Assembly: GCF_001447785.1 (NCBI RefSeq)
Contig: NW_015166495.1
Location: 160,113 to 224,112 of the forward strand
Reading direction: 5' to 3'
Source of the DNA: Gekko japonicus
Lineage: Eukaryota
Length of the DNA: 64,000 bases
How positions within the stretch are numbered: position 1 is the stretch's first letter; each line of letters begins with the position of its first letter. The notes beneath the pieces are model-generated. The model was not told the DNA's origin. It saw only the letters and a program-made list of their open reading frames with translations, and did no database searches. Below are positions 62,315 through 64,000 of the stretch, piece after piece. Position numbers and translations under genes: made by a program.

Positions 62315-63870
62315 GGGGCAGATCCAACGATTCCTTACATCCACATTCCCCATAGTGTTCTTAAAGTTTTAATCAGATGAAAGAGTAATTAATCTTTGAG
62401 TCTAAAGTTTTGACGCTATTCCCCAAGAGTTCTACTCAAGACTTCTGGGTACTATTCCAGGAGGACCTCTGGTATTACAGTTTTTAGAACTGTAGGTACC
62501 AAGTACCTGCAAAATCATTGTCTTCTATACCCAGGAGTGGACAGAGGTGTTCTTTTCACAAGAATGAAGAGCAGATCTCTTAATATGTCCCACATGGGCC
62601 ATTTTTCCAAGAGCTTCTTTGAAAAGGAACTTCAGCTTTTTTGCCATTTTCATCGCTCTACTCCTTGGAAGCTAGATGCAATCTTGGAGAGCTGATCAGC
62701 TTCACTTGACCTCCAGCCATACGCAAAACTTCTGGTTCTCTCTCTTCTAGGTCATCAGTCCTAGGCTGAAATAGTAAGCATAAGCTTTGACCTTTACCCA
62801 AAAAAACCCAAATTGAACTGGTGACATATTCATAAAAGAGGATTCAGTTTAGTTCAATTCTCTTGCCTTGAAAAGGAAGGCTAGGCTGCGAGTGGGAAAG
62901 GTTTTCTTACACTCTGTTTGCTGTGGTATGGAATGAAGAACACATATTGAAGAATTCCTGCCTATGGTCTGGACCTCACGAGGTAAGTAAATCCCCATTA
63001 TTGACAGAAGTAATGTGTGGATAAATGCTGTTCATCCTCAGAGCCAGACATCTTGGTATTTGCTCTGGTGCTCTGAGTTCTGGCCCAGATTTCCAGTGGA
63101 CAGCTAATTTGTTTGGCCAGATCTGCTCCAACCTCTGGATCATTTTCATTTGTGAGACTTCACTTGCAGCAAGCAACCCACCCAGCTAAAATCTTTTTCT
63201 TTCTCAGCACCATTTCCCAACTGGCCTGGAACAGGGGCCTTTTCCGCCTCCTTCCCATTAACAATGAGTTGTATAACTTTGGGACTGATCCACTGAAGGA
63301 CTGGTGAGGCTGTCGCTAGCCATGGCAGGAACAGTCCAGGTTTGCTGCTCAAAGTCTAAGGATCTCGGGCCAAACACCACAGACAACAAACAATGAAGAG
63401 AAGTTATGGTGGCTGACCAAATGCAGGGTGGCGGTGAGGGAAAAGTACATGCAGGATAATGAAGCTTGAGAGTCAGTTTGGTGTAGTGGTTAAGAGTGGC
63501 AGACTCTCATCTGGAGAACTGAGTTTGATTCCTCACTCCTCCGCATGAAGCAGCTGGTGACCTTGGGTCAGTCACAGTTCTCTCAGAGTTCTCTCAGGGC
63601 TACCTACCATAGGGTGTCTGTCATGGGAAAAGGAAGGGAAGGTGATTGTAAGCCACTCCAAGGCTGTATAGAAGCAAGTATGAATTTTCCAAATATGCTG
63701 GAAGCCCAGCAGATTGTACATAGGTTACCTGCAGTAAAAAGGGAAAGGGTTTGATCTTTTTTATGGTGCAGATCAGTAAATAAATAAAGCCACCACTGAG
63801 TTAATGGATAAAGCCAAAAAAATCTTGACACTGAGTCTTTGTTCCTGGGTTCTGAGCTAATGTTCCTAGT
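62315..63870 (+). promoter_or_regulatory. Conserved upstream module copy 4 (cognate OR predicted beyond window end)
   Basis: TAATTA at 62386, TCCCCAAGAG at 62420, acceptor-like ending 62750, donor AG|GTAAGT at 62983. Interrupted by a SINE at about 63468-63660. Confidence 0.5.
63468..63660 (+). mobile_element. Squam3-like SINE (3'-truncated)
   Basis: Head GAGAGTCAGTTTGGTGTAGTGGTTAAG. Confidence 0.85.
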
Positions 63871-63871
63871 T

Positions 63872-64000
63872 AAGAACATAAGAACATAAGAGATGCCAAT
63901 GTTGGATCAGGCCAAAGGCCCATCCAGTCCAACACTCTGTGTCACACAGTGGCCAGAAATACCAGTGCCATCAGGAGGTCCACCAGTGGGGCCAGGACAT
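63872..64000 (-). mobile_element. CR1 3' tail
   Basis: (AAGAACAT)n and the reverse complement of the 11170-11276 tail. Confidence 0.88.

Overview
Vertebrate (squamate, very likely gecko-lineage, judging by the SINE repertoire) genomic DNA covering part of a class II olfactory receptor (OR) cluster. There are five intact single-coding-exon OR genes: 8727-9656 +, 17035-17961 -, 32679-33611 +, 44051-44983 + and 58045-58977 +. A 3'-end remnant of a sixth lies at about 50000-50284. The four + strand genes are close paralogs from tandem duplication of a roughly 11-14 kb unit: upstream non-coding module, intron, OR, conserved 3' block. A fourth copy of the upstream module at about 62.3-63.9 kb predicts another OR beyond the right edge. 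The intergenic DNA is dense with transposable elements: tRNA-, Sauria- and 5S-derived SINEs; CR1, L2, L1, RTE/BovB and Penelope fragments; many hAT MITEs with 8-bp TSDs; solo LTRs; a Copia-like 5' end; and a possible Ngaro/DIRS terminus. Several are nested. There are four assembly gaps. I found no convincing new biological system. The best leads are a mosaic (gene-converted) OR, a repeated candidate promoter/5'-exon module with a dead splice donor in one copy, a duplicated splice acceptor that creates a uORF, stop codons embedded in AATAAA, and a probable inversion around the minus-strand OR. Alignments were made by eye, TE family names come from recalled motifs, and boundaries without TSDs are approximate.
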